Shown: positions 49,921 through 63,491, counted from the whole stretch's first letter. The stretch: 63,988 bases of DNA, filler included, from Octopus bimaculoides (GCF_001194135.2; 7 parts of 6 records of this genome joined end to end with filler, not necessarily neighbours in it); one strand, 5' to 3'. The notes: generated by a model from the letters alone, not told the origin. Made by a program: numbers and translations.

Positions 49921-50036
49921 TCCCCACCCCCGCCGCAAAGAAATTGAAACACCCAATGAGGCTTGGCTTACAAAATAGACGGCGTGATGTGGACAGATCA
50001 AAGTCCAATACAGTACAGGATGAATTATAATCTACA

Positions 50037-50098
<62 letters not shown>

Positions 50099-50368
50099 GT
50101 CTATTTATCTGTATAGATATTAGATATATAGAGGACTCAGGACTCTGAGGTGGCGAGTGGTGTTACTCAGTGTGGGGTGAGTAACACACTTTTCATATTC
50201 TCATTTCTCAGACATCATTCATGTATCCTCATTTTAATATTTTGATTTTAATATTTTTCATGTTCATTTTCATAGCATCATATTTTTATCTTAATTGTTA
50301 TATGTTCCCACATGCGTTGTAGTGTCCCCCTCTATGTAATGCCTTTACGGCGATTTAGAATAAATAAA

Positions 50369-50820
50369 GAAGCTTGCTTCCCAACCACATGGTCTCAGGT
50401 TTAGTTCCACTGGCAGCAGCCTGAGCAAGTGTCTTCTACTGTAGCCTTTGGTCGACCAAAGCCTTGTGAGTGGATTTGATAGATGGAAACTGAAAGAAGT
50501 CCACCGTATATATATATATATACATATTCATACACACACACACACACGCACACACACACACACACATGCATATATATATATATATGTACATATCTATGTG
50601 TATGTGCCTTTGTGTCTGTGTTCTCCATCACCGTTTGACAAACGGCGTCAGTGTGTATATGACCCTGTAACTTAGCAGTTCGGCAAAAGAGACCAATACA
50701 ATAAGTACTAGGATTACAAAAAATAAATCCTGGGGTGAATTTCTTCGGCTAAAAATCTCTTTAAAGCTGTACTCCAGCATTGTCGCAGTCAAATGACTGA
50801 AACGTGTAAAAGAATAAAAG
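50369..50820 (+). mobile_element. SINE family A, nearly full length
   Basis: Colinear with 21916-22334. Confidence 0.9.
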
Positions 50821-51099
50821 TGATCTTTTCAATCTCAGTCACAGATTTTTTTATTAATTTTTTTTTAACAAAACAGTTTGAAACTTCGGATATTGGTTTA
50901 AATTACCCAAATACGACAACTTTAATATGAAATAACTTCTAAAATACAAAATTTCGTCAAAAACGTTAAGAGTAAACGGTGTTCNNNNNNNNNNNNNNNN
51001 NNNNNNNNNNNNNNNNNNNNNNNNNNNNTTAATTAATTAANNNNNNNNNNNNNNNNNNNNNNNNNNNNNNNNNNNNNNNNNNNNTATATATATGTATAT

Positions 51100-51470
51100 G
51101 TGCTTGTGTGTTGGTGTGGTGTATTTCCGTGTACGGGTGCATGAGTGCGTGGGTTAACCTGCCCTCGTGTGTATGTGTGTATGTGTGGTTAAATGAAAGG
51201 TTTGTCTGGTTGGAAATGCTTTTGGGGGAAGAATACGGATATAGATACAGAGGCAGGATGGATGGGGTTAAAGCTGAGGGTGGATATTCAAAAACTGCGA
51301 GTGGGGTAGCGTGAATGGAAGTAAGGGTAGTTACGCAGGTTTTGGCTGGGAAAACGAAAGCGAAGAGTGTGATGCAGGCGTTATCTGGGTCGATGGAACT
51401 AAAAGGCGCAGAAACGGTTTTAACCTGAATTCTAAGATTTCGTACGAAAATATTTCTTATTCATCGTTAT
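51100..51470 (-). mobile_element. Probable second Neptune-like PLE remnant (GIY-YIG end plus 3' region)
   Basis: RNLRIQVKTVSAPFSS..CITLFAF parallels EHLSDIR..ISKHF..HISIFG at about 2200; same purine-rich composition as 1600-2100. Confidence 0.4.
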
Positions 51471-51710
51471 TAGTGCAAATGGCGGGCTGTGTGTATCTAT
51501 GCTATCCACTTACCTACATGCATACACACATACATGCATACATACATGCACACACACATACATGCATACATACATTCATACATACATTCATACATATATA
51601 CATACATTCAAACATACATGTACACATACATACGTACATTCACACATACATTCATTCATTCATACATACATACATATATGCATACATACATTCATACATA
51701 CATTCATACA

Positions 51711-51743
<33 letters not shown>

Positions 51744-51847
51744 GTAGACATACATGCATACATTCATACATACACAAACCAACACATACCAAACACACAT
51801 ATACGTATATAATAATACATACATACATATATATGTATATATGTATG

Positions 51848-51887
<40 letters not shown>

Positions 51888-52892
51888 GAGCATGAACAAT
51901 ACAAGAAAAATACAAAACGAGTGGAGCTTTTTAAACGTAGGTGTTATTAATACGTGTGTATGTGTATGTGCATATATGTAAANNNNNNNNNNNNNNNNNN
52001 NNNNNNNNNNNNNNNNNNNNNNNNNNNNNNNNNNNNNNNNNNNNNNNNNNNNNNNNNNNNNNNNNNNNNNNNNNNNNNNNNNNNNNNNNNNNNNNNNNNN
52101 NNNNNNNNNNNNNNNNNNNNNNNNNNNNNNNNNNNNNNNNNNNNNNNNNNNNNNNNNNNNNNNNNNNNNNNNNNNNNNNNNNNNNNNNNNNNNNNNNNNN
52201 NNNNNNNNNNNNNNNNNNNNNNNNNNNNNNNNNNNNNNNNNNNNNNNNNNNNNNNNNNNNNNNNNNNNNNNNNNNNNNNNNNNNNNNNNNNNNNNNNNNN
52301 NNNNNNNNNNNNNNNNNNNNNNNNNNNNNNNNNNNNNNNNNNNNNNNNNNNNNNNNNNNNNNNNNNNNNNNNNNNNNNNNNNNNNNNNNNNNNNNNNNNN
52401 NNNNNNNNNNNNNNNNNNNNNNNNNNNNNNNNNNNNNNNNNNNNNNNNNNNNNNNNNNNNNNNNNNNNNNNNNNNNNNNNNNNNNNNNNNNNNNNNNNNN
52501 NNNNNNNNNNNNNNNNNNNNNNNNNNNNNNNNNNNNNNNNNNNNNNNNNNNNNNNNNNNNNNNNNNNNNNNNNNNNNTATATATATATGTACGTGTGTGT
52601 CTATATGTGTGCATATATATATGTGTGTGTATATCTCTCTCACTCTCTCCCTCTTTCTCTCTCTGTATGTATATATATATATATATATTTTGCATAAATG
52701 TGGTATAGAATTCTGTACAGAAGCATTAATGAAGGTGCATATAACAATAGACACGTACGTATGTCATACATTGAAGAGGAAGAAAGACATTCGTAGGAAC
52801 ATTCTGCATGCAATCCCGCCATACTCAGGTAGCATATATATAAATGTGTAAATGTGTATTCATACAAACGTACACACATACACACACACACG

Positions 52893-52930
<38 letters not shown>

Positions 52931-52998
52931 TATATGTATACATATACATATGTGTCATATATATATATTTTATATATACGCATACAAATACATGTTTG

Positions 52999-53043
<45 letters not shown>

Positions 53044-53600
53044 TCATTTATGGCGATAAAGAGAAAGAGAGAGGGGAGAGAGGGAGAGAGAAAGAGTGAA
53101 TGAAGGAGTGAAAGAGCATGAAAGAAATAGAGAAAGATAGAGTAGAAAGACTGATAACTAGAAGGGGAAATGAATGAGTTGCAACGAAAGCAATATGGAG
53201 GCGAAAGTAAATTTTGACAAAAGGTGGCGATGGTGGTGGTGGTGGCAGTGATGGAGAAGGCAAGTGGAGAGAAAGTATTAAAAAAAAACAAATAAGGCAA
53301 AGCAAAATAAAAAGATAAAATAACAATAAAATAAAATAAAATAAAAACACAAGAAAAACCAATGACAAACTATTTTTAAAAACACATCGCTAGCTTTTAA
53401 CTCCGATAATAATAAAAAGCTAACATGATTCATAAATGTACACGAAATGACGTGAAGTAGAAATCGTAAAATGCTATAAAGTAGGAAAAATTGCAAAATT
53501 TTAGTCCAGGGAGTTTTGGTAAAAGGGACGCCGCAGTAAGGTGAATGGAATTATTTAGTGGTTTGTCTTGTAGTTGGTACTGTCAGTGGCGGTGGTGGTA

Positions 53601-53669
<69 letters not shown>

Positions 53670-54049
53670 GTTGTTGTTGTTGTTGTTATTGTTATTATTA
53701 TTATCGTTTGTTATAATTATTTCTTGCTAAAAATATTCGGTGAAAGAAACATGANNNNNNNNNNNNNNNNNNNNNNNNNNNNNNNNNNNNNNNNNNNNNN
53801 NNNNNNNNNNNNNNNNNNNNNNNNNNNNNNNNNNNNNNNNNNNNNNNNNNNNNNNNNNNNNNNNNNNNNNNNNNNNNNNNNNNNNNNNNNNNNNNNNNNN
53901 NNNNNNNNNNNNNNNNNNNNNNNNNNNNNNNNNNNNNNNNNNNNTGAGAGAGAGAGAGAGGGAGAGAGGGAGATGGGGAGATGGGGAGATGGGGAGAAAG
54001 TGAAAAAGAGAGAGTGAGAGAGAAAGAGAGGAAAGAAAGAGAGGGGGAT

Positions 54050-54091
<42 letters not shown>

Positions 54092-54199
54092 AGAAAGTGA
54101 GAGAGAGAGAGAGAAAGAGAGAAAGGGAGAGTGAAAAGATTGAGAAATTGTGAGAAAGAGAGAGAGAAAGAGAGAAGGAATGTGTGAAAGAGAAAGAGT

Positions 54200-54241
<42 letters not shown>

Positions 54242-54574
54242 ATGTGTGTGAGAGAGAGGGAGAGAGTGACAGTGTGAGAGAAAGAAAGAGAGAGGGAATG
54301 TGTGTGAGAGAGAGAGAGAATGACAGTGTGAGAGAGAGAGAGAGAGCGATAGAGAGAGCGATAGAGAGAGAGAGTGATAGAGAGAGAAAGAGAAAGAGAG
54401 AGATAGAGAGAGAGGGAATGAAAAAAGTGTATCTGACGAAGAATGGTAAATTATTGTCTTTTCTGTTGTTACTCTGTGTGTGTGTGTGTGCGCGCGCGCA
54501 TGCTTGCGTGCGTGTGTGTGTGTGTTTAGAATAAGAAAGGATAACGCCCTTCCAGACTTATGTAGACTCACGGG

Positions 54575-54787
54575 GCCGGTTTTGGGTGTCAGTGGCGCAC
54601 ATATTCTTCCCTGGATGGGACGCTAATCCCTCTCAAGATGACTCACTTTTGCCAGCTGAGTGGACTGGAGCAACGCGAAATGAAGTGTTTTGCTCAAGAA
54701 CACAACGTGTCGCCCGGTCCATGAATCGAAACCACAATCGTACTATTATGAACCTAGAAACCCTAACCATTAAGCCACGTGTCTCCA
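54575..54787 (-). mobile_element. CORE-like tRNA SINE
   Basis: CCAGCTGAGTGGACTGGAGCAACGCGAAATGAAGTGTTTTGCTCAAGAACACAAC..AATCGAAACCAC..CTAACCATTAAGCCAC. Confidence 0.85.
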
Positions 54788-55631
54788 CNNNNNNNNNNNN
54801 NNNNNNNNNNNNNNNNNNNNNNNNNNNNNNNNNNNNNNNNNNNNNNNNNNNNNNNNNNNNNNNNNNNNNNNNNNNNNNNNNNNNNNNNNNNNNNNNNNNN
54901 NNNNNNNNNNNNNNNNNNNNNNNNNNNNNNNNNNNNNNNNNNNNNNNNNNNNNNNNNNNNNNNNNNNNNNNNNNNNNNNNNNNNNNNNNNNNNNNNNNNN
55001 NNNNNNNNNNNNNNNNNNNNNNNNNNNNNNNNNNNNNNNNNNNNNNNNNNNNNNNNNNNNNNNNNNNNNNNNNNNNNNNNNNNNNNNNNNNNNNNNNNNN
55101 NNNNNNNNNNNNNNNNNNNNNNNNNNNNNNNNNNNNNNNNNNNNNNNNNNNNNNNNNNNNNNNNNNNNNNNNNNNNNNNNNNNNNNNNNNNNNNNNNNNN
55201 NNNNNNNNNNNNNNNNNNNNNNNNNNNNNNNNNNNNNNNNNNNNNNNNNNNNNNNNNNNNNNNNNNNNNNNNNNNNNNNNNNNNNNNNNNNNNNNNNNNN
55301 NNNNNNNNNNNNNNNNNNNNNNNNNNNNNNNNNNNNNNNNNNNNNNNNNNNNNNNNNNNNNNNNNNNNNNNNNNNNNNNNNNNNNNNNNNNNNNNNNNNN
55401 NNNNNNNNNNNNNNNNNNNNNNNNNNNNNNNNNNNNNNNNNNNNNNNNNNNNNNNNNNNNNNNNNNNNNNNNNNNNNNNNNNNNNNNNNNNNNNNNNNNN
55501 NNNNNNNNNNNNNNNNNNNNNNNNNNNNNNNNNNNNNNNNNNNNNNNNNNNNNNNNNNNNNNNNNNNNNNNNNNNNNNNNNNCCAAGGGACCAGCGCGGA
55601 AATAAAAACCTTTCAGGTGAATTTTACAAAT

Positions 55632-55845
55632 ATTATAATAATTGTATACATAATCATAACAAGGGATTGGCTATAAGCCTTTCCACGCGCTAGAAATAGA
55701 TGCCAAAAGATGATAATACCACCTCAAAAAGTCCAAAACGTTTTGGGAGTTTTTAAGGTGGTATTAGGGTCTTTTGGCGTCTATTTCTAGCGTGTAGAGA
55801 GGCTTATAGCCAATCCCTTGTTATAATTATGGACATAATTATAAT
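55632..55845. mobile_element. Spacer-less foldback element, arms about 106 bp centred on CCAAAAC|GTTTTGG
   Basis: 55632-55739 versus the reverse complement of 55740-55845: about 10 differences over the inner about 91 bp. Confidence 0.85.
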
Positions 55846-56116
55846 ATATATATATATATATATATGCATACATACTTATATTATGTAATACTTGTTTCGG
55901 TTATTGAAATGCAGAAATTTCTGGGGGACAACTTCAAGGGTTTAGTCGGACAGATTGATACCCCTTTCCCGCAATACTTACTCTGTCCGTTTCCATTGCC
56001 GAACCTCTAAGTTATGGGAGCATGAACAAGCCAAGACCGGGTTGTCAAGCGCCGAGGCGGAGTGACACGCAGACACAAAGACAGGCACATATCCATACAT
56101 GCGTGTGTATACATAC

Positions 56117-56161
<45 letters not shown>

Positions 56162-56261
56162 NNNNNNNNNNNNNNNNNNNNNNNNNNNNNNNNNNNNNNN
56201 NNNNNTTAATTAATTAANNNNNNNNNNNNNNNNNNNNNNNNNNNNNNNNNNNNNNNNNNNN

Positions 56262-56339
<78 letters not shown>

Positions 56340-56769
56340 TATACACAAGAAGAGAAATATTCAGATGAAATGACGTACATTGGGACTCTTCGTCAGAAAT
56401 TCAACGTTCGGGCAACCTTTTACACATCAATAAATATTCTTGTTGCCGTGTTACAGTGGTGTGTTTCTTCATCTATCGTGCCATGTTGAATAAGTAACTG
56501 TGAAAACAGCTATGTGGTGAGAGTGAACTCTACCGAAGAACGGATCACTAAAAATTTTTCGCGCTCAAATGAGCTGTATTTGTAGGCTCTCTTCACCGAA
56601 AGTTCTTGTCATGTCGTCAAACTATCACGTCAACAAAAGCCGTTTATTGGATTGAAATGCGGTTCATGCACATGATCAACTTGTGATTAGAATGTGGAAA
56701 AACTTATGATTACAATGTGGAAAAACCAACTGTTATAAATCAAAAGGTATATATGTTTAAATAGCTACT

Positions 56770-56965
56770 TCAAATTTTGGCACAAGGCCTGCAATTTCGG
56801 GGAAGGGGATAAGTTGATTAGATCGACTCCAGTGTTCAACTGGTGACCCCGAAAGGATGAAAGGCGAAGTCGACCTCAGCAAGATTTGAATTCAGAACGT
56901 AATGACGGACGAAATGCCGCTAAACATTTTGCCCGACGTGTTTACGATTATGCCAGCTCGCTGCT
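56770..56965 (-). mobile_element. SINE family C
   Basis: Same motifs as 44565-44765. Confidence 0.85.
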
Positions 56966-57861
56966 GATGTGAATAAATGAAGTAAAAGTGGTCAATTAGA
57001 AAGCAAATCCAAATAACAAGCACAAATTCCTGTGAGGGAAGCTTACCACTAGCTGGCAGTTCTCACACCAAAAACCCCATTAAGGTAACCGCTGAATGAT
57101 CCCCAGACCAGCTAAAAGTAGCAAGTTATTCTCCGTCGAGGGAGATAAAATAACACGGGATATACTATGCCTAGCAGAAAAAAAGCGGATCGGTCACAGC
57201 TATTATGGCTTTGATACTAGCTCTACTTAATAAAGTCTGACTTGAAGTTTAACAACAAATCATATAAAGAACAGAAATGGTAAATAAGCAGAATATTAAA
57301 AAATACTGAAGTTTTTGAATTCTCTCTTTTCCATTTGGTGCATCTGTTGCTACTTTGTAACCAACAAGTCCATTTGTAACGTTAGACATAAAGTGACTTC
57401 TGGTTAGTCCGCATTATGTGCTAACTCTCACTAAGTTTAGAATCTGGCTACGCCTCTGATTACAGTTCGCCTGCATTTAGCGCCACTCCCACTCCGTTTT
57501 TTTTTTGCGTTTTTTCCCCATTTTACCAGCGTAACTGACAGGAACACACTGCGTTTTATTTTATGTAAATCTATTTATCTTTACCCAATGTTACCTGACA
57601 TACAATTTCATATACAGAATCGACCATACTGCATATTTGTAGTGAAAATCTGTGAGCTTTTTCATGCACTTAAGCAAATAAATGACATGAATACATATTA
57701 GAGGGATTAAGAGAATAGAATATAATGCGGTTTGTACATACACATAGATAAATAAATAGGTTCAAATCGATTTTATGAAACCATTAAACACTGTTAAATA
57801 TGTAGGCCATAACATAATTCAACACAATACCAAAGAAGTTTTTAAAAAAGCAATTAAGAAC

Positions 57862-58245
57862 GTTGCCAATTCGTCAGTTACGACGACGAGTGTTCCAGTT
57901 GATCCGATCAACGGAACAGCCTACTCGTGAAATTAACATGTAAGTGGCTGAGCACTCCACAGACACGTGTACCCTTAACGTAGTTATCGGGGGAGATTCA
58001 GCGTGACACAGAGTGTGACAAGGCTGGCCTTTTGAAATACAGGTACAACAGAAACAGGAAAATAGAGTGAGAGAAAGTTGTAGTGAAAGAGTACAGCAGG
58101 ATTCGCCACCACCCCCTGCCAAAGCCTCGTGAATCTTTAGGTGTTTTCGCTCAATAAACACTCACAACGCCCGGTCTGGGAATCGAAACAGCGATCCTAC
58201 GACCGCGAGTCCGCTGCCCTAACCACTAGGCCATTGCACCTCCAC
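57862..58245 (-). mobile_element. SINE family B, full length
   Basis: The head matches 17131-17341 and continues into a tail ending ..CTCGTCGTCGTAACTGACG. Confidence 0.9.
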
Positions 58246-58562
58246 AATGTTACCAATAGAAAATGTTGGAAAATTGTCAACCCTCTCAATAAATGAAACT
58301 AGATGTGTCGATGAAATTATTTTAAAAAACTTCTTTTAGACGTCAAATGCCCTTAGAAATTCTTGGTGTAACAGATCCCCTTTAATGTCTATACATACAG
58401 ACGCACTTACACATAACAGGTATACGAAGATATATTTATTTGACTAAACTTATATTTGAGCCACGATGGCAATCATCAGTTTTTCACAGGTAATATCACG
58501 ATATATGATATAAAGTGGTTTCATAGGAAAACATGTTTTATCCTTGGCTTTAGCCAGTTCTT

Positions 58563-59438
58563 TATTGGGATCTTTTTCCTTTGAACGGCAGATCGAGAAA
58601 TTAATTTTTTGTAACTAAACACTTTCAAACTTCGGACACTGGTAGAATGTGTTATATAGAACATCTTTTACTCTTAGCGTTGTTGAAAAAAGTTTCTATT
58701 TTCAAAGTTATTTCGTGTTAAAGTTGTCGTATTTCGGTAATTTCAACCAATCAATGACGTGTATTCAGCTGAATAAAATTACTGCCGTTGTTTGTCAACA
58801 ACAACTATCGGCGGTGTATATTTCGTTTGTCACTGTTATTTATGACATCGTTCGTGTGCTTGTACTGGTTTTAGCTTCAGGGGTTCAGGGTTTTAGGGTT
58901 AGGGTTAGCGTTTTAGGGTTAAGGTTAGGGTTCTAAGGTTAGGGTGAGGGTGAGGGTTTAGGGTTAGAGTTACGGAAAAAGTGAAAAACTGAAGAAATTG
59001 GAGGGGGAGTGGGAAACAAAATGTCTTTCCGAAAATAGTAACTGAAAAACAGGAAAAAAAAACTAAAATGCAGTAGAAATGCACGAACGATTATGGTGGT
59101 GCCATGAAGTAAACATGCTTCAGATACACTCGTTTATTCATACAAACGTAACTGAGATGAAATATGTCATAGATAACAGTGACAAACGAAATATACACCA
59201 CCGATAGTTGTTGTTGACAAACAACGGCAGTAATTTTATTCAGCTGAATACACGTCATTGATTGATTGAAATTACCGAAATACGACAACTTTAACACGAA
59301 ATAACTTTGAAAATAGAAACTTTTCTCAACAACACTAAGAGTAAAAGATGTTTTATATGACACATTCTACCAGTGTCCGAAGTTTGAAAGTGTTTAGTTA
59401 CAAAAAATTAATTTCTCGATCTGCCGTTCAAAGGGAAA
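58563..59438. mobile_element. Young MITE with about 275-bp inverted arms (58575-58848 and 59164-59438) and a telomere-like core; right end in a gap
   Basis: Arms are near-identical reverse complements (also visible as twin ORFs 58649+ and 59091-); starts TA-TTGGGATC. A related fragment lies at about 50880-50984. Confidence 0.88.
58877..58970 (+). repeat. Degenerate interstitial (TTAGGG)n-like array
   Basis: TCAGGG TTTTAGGG TTAGGG TTAGCG..TTAGGG TGAGGG TGAGGG TTTAGGG. Confidence 0.85.
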
Positions 59439-60289
59439 NNNNNNNNNNNNNNNNNNNNNNNNNNNNNNNNNNNNNNNNNNNNTTAATTAATTAANNNNNN
59501 NNNNNNNNNNNNNNNNNNNNNNNNNNNNNNNNNNNNNNAACAAAAATACTATATATATATAATACATATGCATATGTAATTATTATATTTTCATATGTGT
59601 ATGTGTGTGGTGCGCTCGCATGTATATAATCATATCGTATAACCAACTTCCTAAAAATGAAATTTCAAAAATAGTAATCGCATCACCTTTTCACGATATG
59701 TGACGAATGTAAGACTTATTTCTAAAATATTTTTAATATTACTGCAGTTCATAACTTTGGGGCTGATTACAATGATATCTCGTTCGAATACTGGGACAGA
59801 ATCATTTATTTGTAATGCCACCCACATTAGAAAGATGTTCAAATAATATATTGAAAATTGCAATGATAGCATAAACTAATCTGAGAATCGGTAGGTAATC
59901 TCGTGGTGGGAATTCTCATACACTAAACCCTCACAGAGTTACTTTAAGGAAAAAGATATGTTCCAAATGTCTGAAACACAGCATTAGTACGCAATACAGA
60001 TGCGAAATTTTTACAACACAATAAAACGCAATGACTGTAACTGGGGCGTAGTGTGGGGCGTCCATCTTTAAACAGGCAGATGATCTTTCCAACACGCCAT
60101 CCGTGATTCTAAACGACAACAGTAATTATGTTACAGCGTCTCCTAAATCGTCTTAATCGAAACTCTATAGTGATATTAGTCGGATGTCTTCAATTATGGA
60201 GTGATGTGCATAATGGAATTGTATCAATTGTTGCGTCTATGTGAGTATGTGTATTATATATAATATACATATATGTATATGCTTATATG

Positions 60290-60321
<32 letters not shown>

Positions 60322-60778
60322 NNNNNNNNNNNNNNNNNNNNNNNNNNNNNNNNNNNNNNNNNNNNNNNNNNNNNNNNNNNNNNNNNNNNNNNNNNNNNNN
60401 NNNNNNNNNNNNNNNNNNNNNNNNNNNNNNNNNNNNNNNNNNNNNNNNNNNNNNNNNNNNNNNNNNNNNNNNNNNNNNNNNNNNNNNNNNNNNNNNNNNN
60501 NNNNNNNNNNNNNNNNNNNNNNNNNNNNNNNNNNNNNNNNNNNNNNNNNNNNNNNNNNNNNNNNNNNNNNNNNNNNNNNNNNNNNNNNNNNNNNNNNNNN
60601 NNNNNNNNNNNNNNNNNNNNNNNNNNNNNNNNNNNNNNNNNNNNNNNNNNNNNNNNNNNNNNNNNNNNNNNNNNNNNNNNNNNNNNNNNNNGTATGTACA
60701 TGTGCATAAGGGTGTATATATGATTATATGAACTGTGAAGTGAGCCGCAGACAATTCTCGGCGCTTCTCATACACTAT

Positions 60779-61011
60779 CTGTTGAAACAAATAGATATTA
60801 ATTGAAAACTGTGTCCTGATAAATTGCTGAGTGCTGGTGTCATTATTTTGATTGTATTTCTTGTTCCATTCAGTCATTTTCGTTCTATATCAAATGAATC
60901 ACATTTTATTTCGTTTTATTTCATTTACAAATTATCCTTGCAAAGCTTTCAGACATTTTTGACTTTGGCAAGATCACGTAGACGAGCAGTCTGCCAAGAA
61001 ATTTGACTTAC
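60779..61011 (-). other. Candidate 233-nt intron of an unidentified minus-strand transcript
   Basis: Donor AG|GTAAGT at 61012/61011; acceptor TTAATATCTATTTGTTTCAACAG ending at 60779. Confidence 0.35.
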
Positions 61012-62882
61012 CTAATTTTGTCAGTAAAATTAACATTATACAAAATGTGACAAACATTTGAAATTGAAGAACGTCTTCAGAAGTTGTAGCATTGCATATA
61101 CGCTTTAAATACACCAGGTGAGATAGAAACCAACGTAGACAGCGCGATAAGAAATATATTTCATTAGTTCTTACATTTTCCAGTTGATATTTTTGCTAAC
61201 CTGATTACAGAAACTTCACACCTAACACTTTCTGTTTTCAAAGTTTCTTCATCTCGGTTGCTGCCGATGCTTTTACATTGTCTTGTCTTGTAATATCTTT
61301 CTGTTCTGATCTATGATGTTCTCTATTTATCACTCAGTGACGCAATGCTGTATTTAAAGTTAAACAAAACAGAAAACTGTGATTAATCGTTCAGGGTTGT
61401 GTTTCACAGGAATAACAGTATAGTTAGGAAGAACATGTTTAATAGAGCATTGATATTAATAAAAGATAAAGAAAACAAAAATCCCGTGAAAGATTAGTTC
61501 AATTCTTAGCATGACGAAAATCATGGTTTCCATTTTGCTTCAGCTCTTTCTGTTCGACTTGGTCTTTCAACCATCCAGGGACGATGAAATAATGTACCAG
61601 TAAATAGATTCTAAGTTATTGACTAAACCTCATCGTCTGAAATTCTTGGTATCGAGCCTCTATTAGGAACCAATATTTATTGAAAAAATAACTGTACTTG
61701 ACTGACTAATGTTATTTCAATTATTTGAGATATTCTTCGGTTATATTTCCTGTTATTATATCTGGTCAGTGAATAACAATGTTCACCGTTCATGCTGAAC
61801 GAATGTTAAAAGAACGACTGCGTAGGATAAATAAATTCTAAACTTTAGCAGCGTTTAATAAAATATCTGGCAGATATTATTTTATTTAATGGAAGGCAAA
61901 CAGGCGACCATTAATGCTAACTTGTGTCTTAGATCCATCGCTATTGTGAAGAGTAAATACACGGTCTGATACTGTTCTGCTATTGTCTTAGAAATTATTG
62001 TTATTAGGCGACGAAAAAGGATTTGGTCCTCGACGTCATCTCGTTTAATGCTCTATTAACAACTCCGAGATTGAAATTACGTTTCGACACCGAAGTGTTG
62101 GAAAGCAAACCTGACTTCAAATGATTTGAGCTCAGCTTTGTGGAATGCAATGAGAGGCTTTAAACATTTTGACAATTTGCCTCTTTAAGGATTTGATATT
62201 GCATCCTATATTGCAATGAAGAAGGTAATAATCTTAGATGAATTGTTAGAGCGTGGGCAAAATGGCTTTGTAGAATTTGTTCCGGTTCTTTACGTTCTGA
62301 ATTCCTAAACCACAAGCGGGTAAAATAAATTGCCAGTCAAGAACTGGGGCTAATGTCATCATCTTAGCTGTTCCCCATAAAATTGTTTTCCTTGTAAAAT
62401 AATCTGAAACAATATATTCCAATGATGTTATTGACTTTGGTATAAACATGAAACTGAAACAGATAATGCTTCGAAACAAAAGTAAATAAAACTTCACGAA
62501 TGTCAACAGAAATACTATGAAGATTATACAGATTTTGAATATGATAGAAGCATCTGTTAAGCACTTTACTGTCCATTTTCAATGTGAAAAGAACATATTT
62601 GGCAGTATCCCAAAATAAAGTAAAAATCTTTCAAAATAACATCACTCGGGCCTTACAAATTCAAACGCGGAAGTAATGTGTTGATCTTTTATACCCAAAC
62701 GGGCAGACACACAGACGCTCAGCCATATGTCCTGAGAGAGAAAGATATATATATAGAGAGTTATATATATATATATATATATNNNNNNNNNNNNNNNNNN
62801 NNNNNNNNNNNNNNNNNNNNNNNNNNTTAATTAATTAANNNNNNNNNNNNNNNNNNNNNNNNNNNNNNNNNNNNNNNNNNNN

Positions 62883-62926
<44 letters not shown>

Positions 62927-63224
62927 GTACATATACATACATACAGGCATGCATATATATATGTATATCCATCAGCATGGAAAATGAATGTTAAATGATG
63001 ATTATGTATATATATTTCTGTGCACATGTATAAATATGTGTGTATATATGCATATATATAGAGAAAGAGATAGAATATTGGATAGATACACACACACATG
63101 TATCCACATAAGGATATCTATATAATATATACATAATGTATTTATACTTGTATATATGTAATACACACACATGCACGCATATATGGGAAATTGAAATGAG
63201 AATGTAGTAAGAAATAGCCTATAC

Positions 63225-63297
<73 letters not shown>

Positions 63298-63491
63298 GAG
63301 AGAGAGAGAGAGAGAAAAATTGATGATGATGTGTGTGTTTGTGTCTGTGTGTGTGTGTGTACTCATACATAAAGTTTTATATAATTTAAATCGTCTGGGC
63401 AGGGATTCTACCTTTCAAACTCCTTACTTTCTTTCTCATAACACTTTTGTGTGTGTCTGTATATAAATGTAAACGCTTTCCCGAATAAAAT

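Noticed and set aside
59960-60030. KICSKCLKHSISTQYRCE, piggyBac cysteine-rich-like peptide
   Set aside because: Only three Cys, with no supporting transposase sequence nearby.
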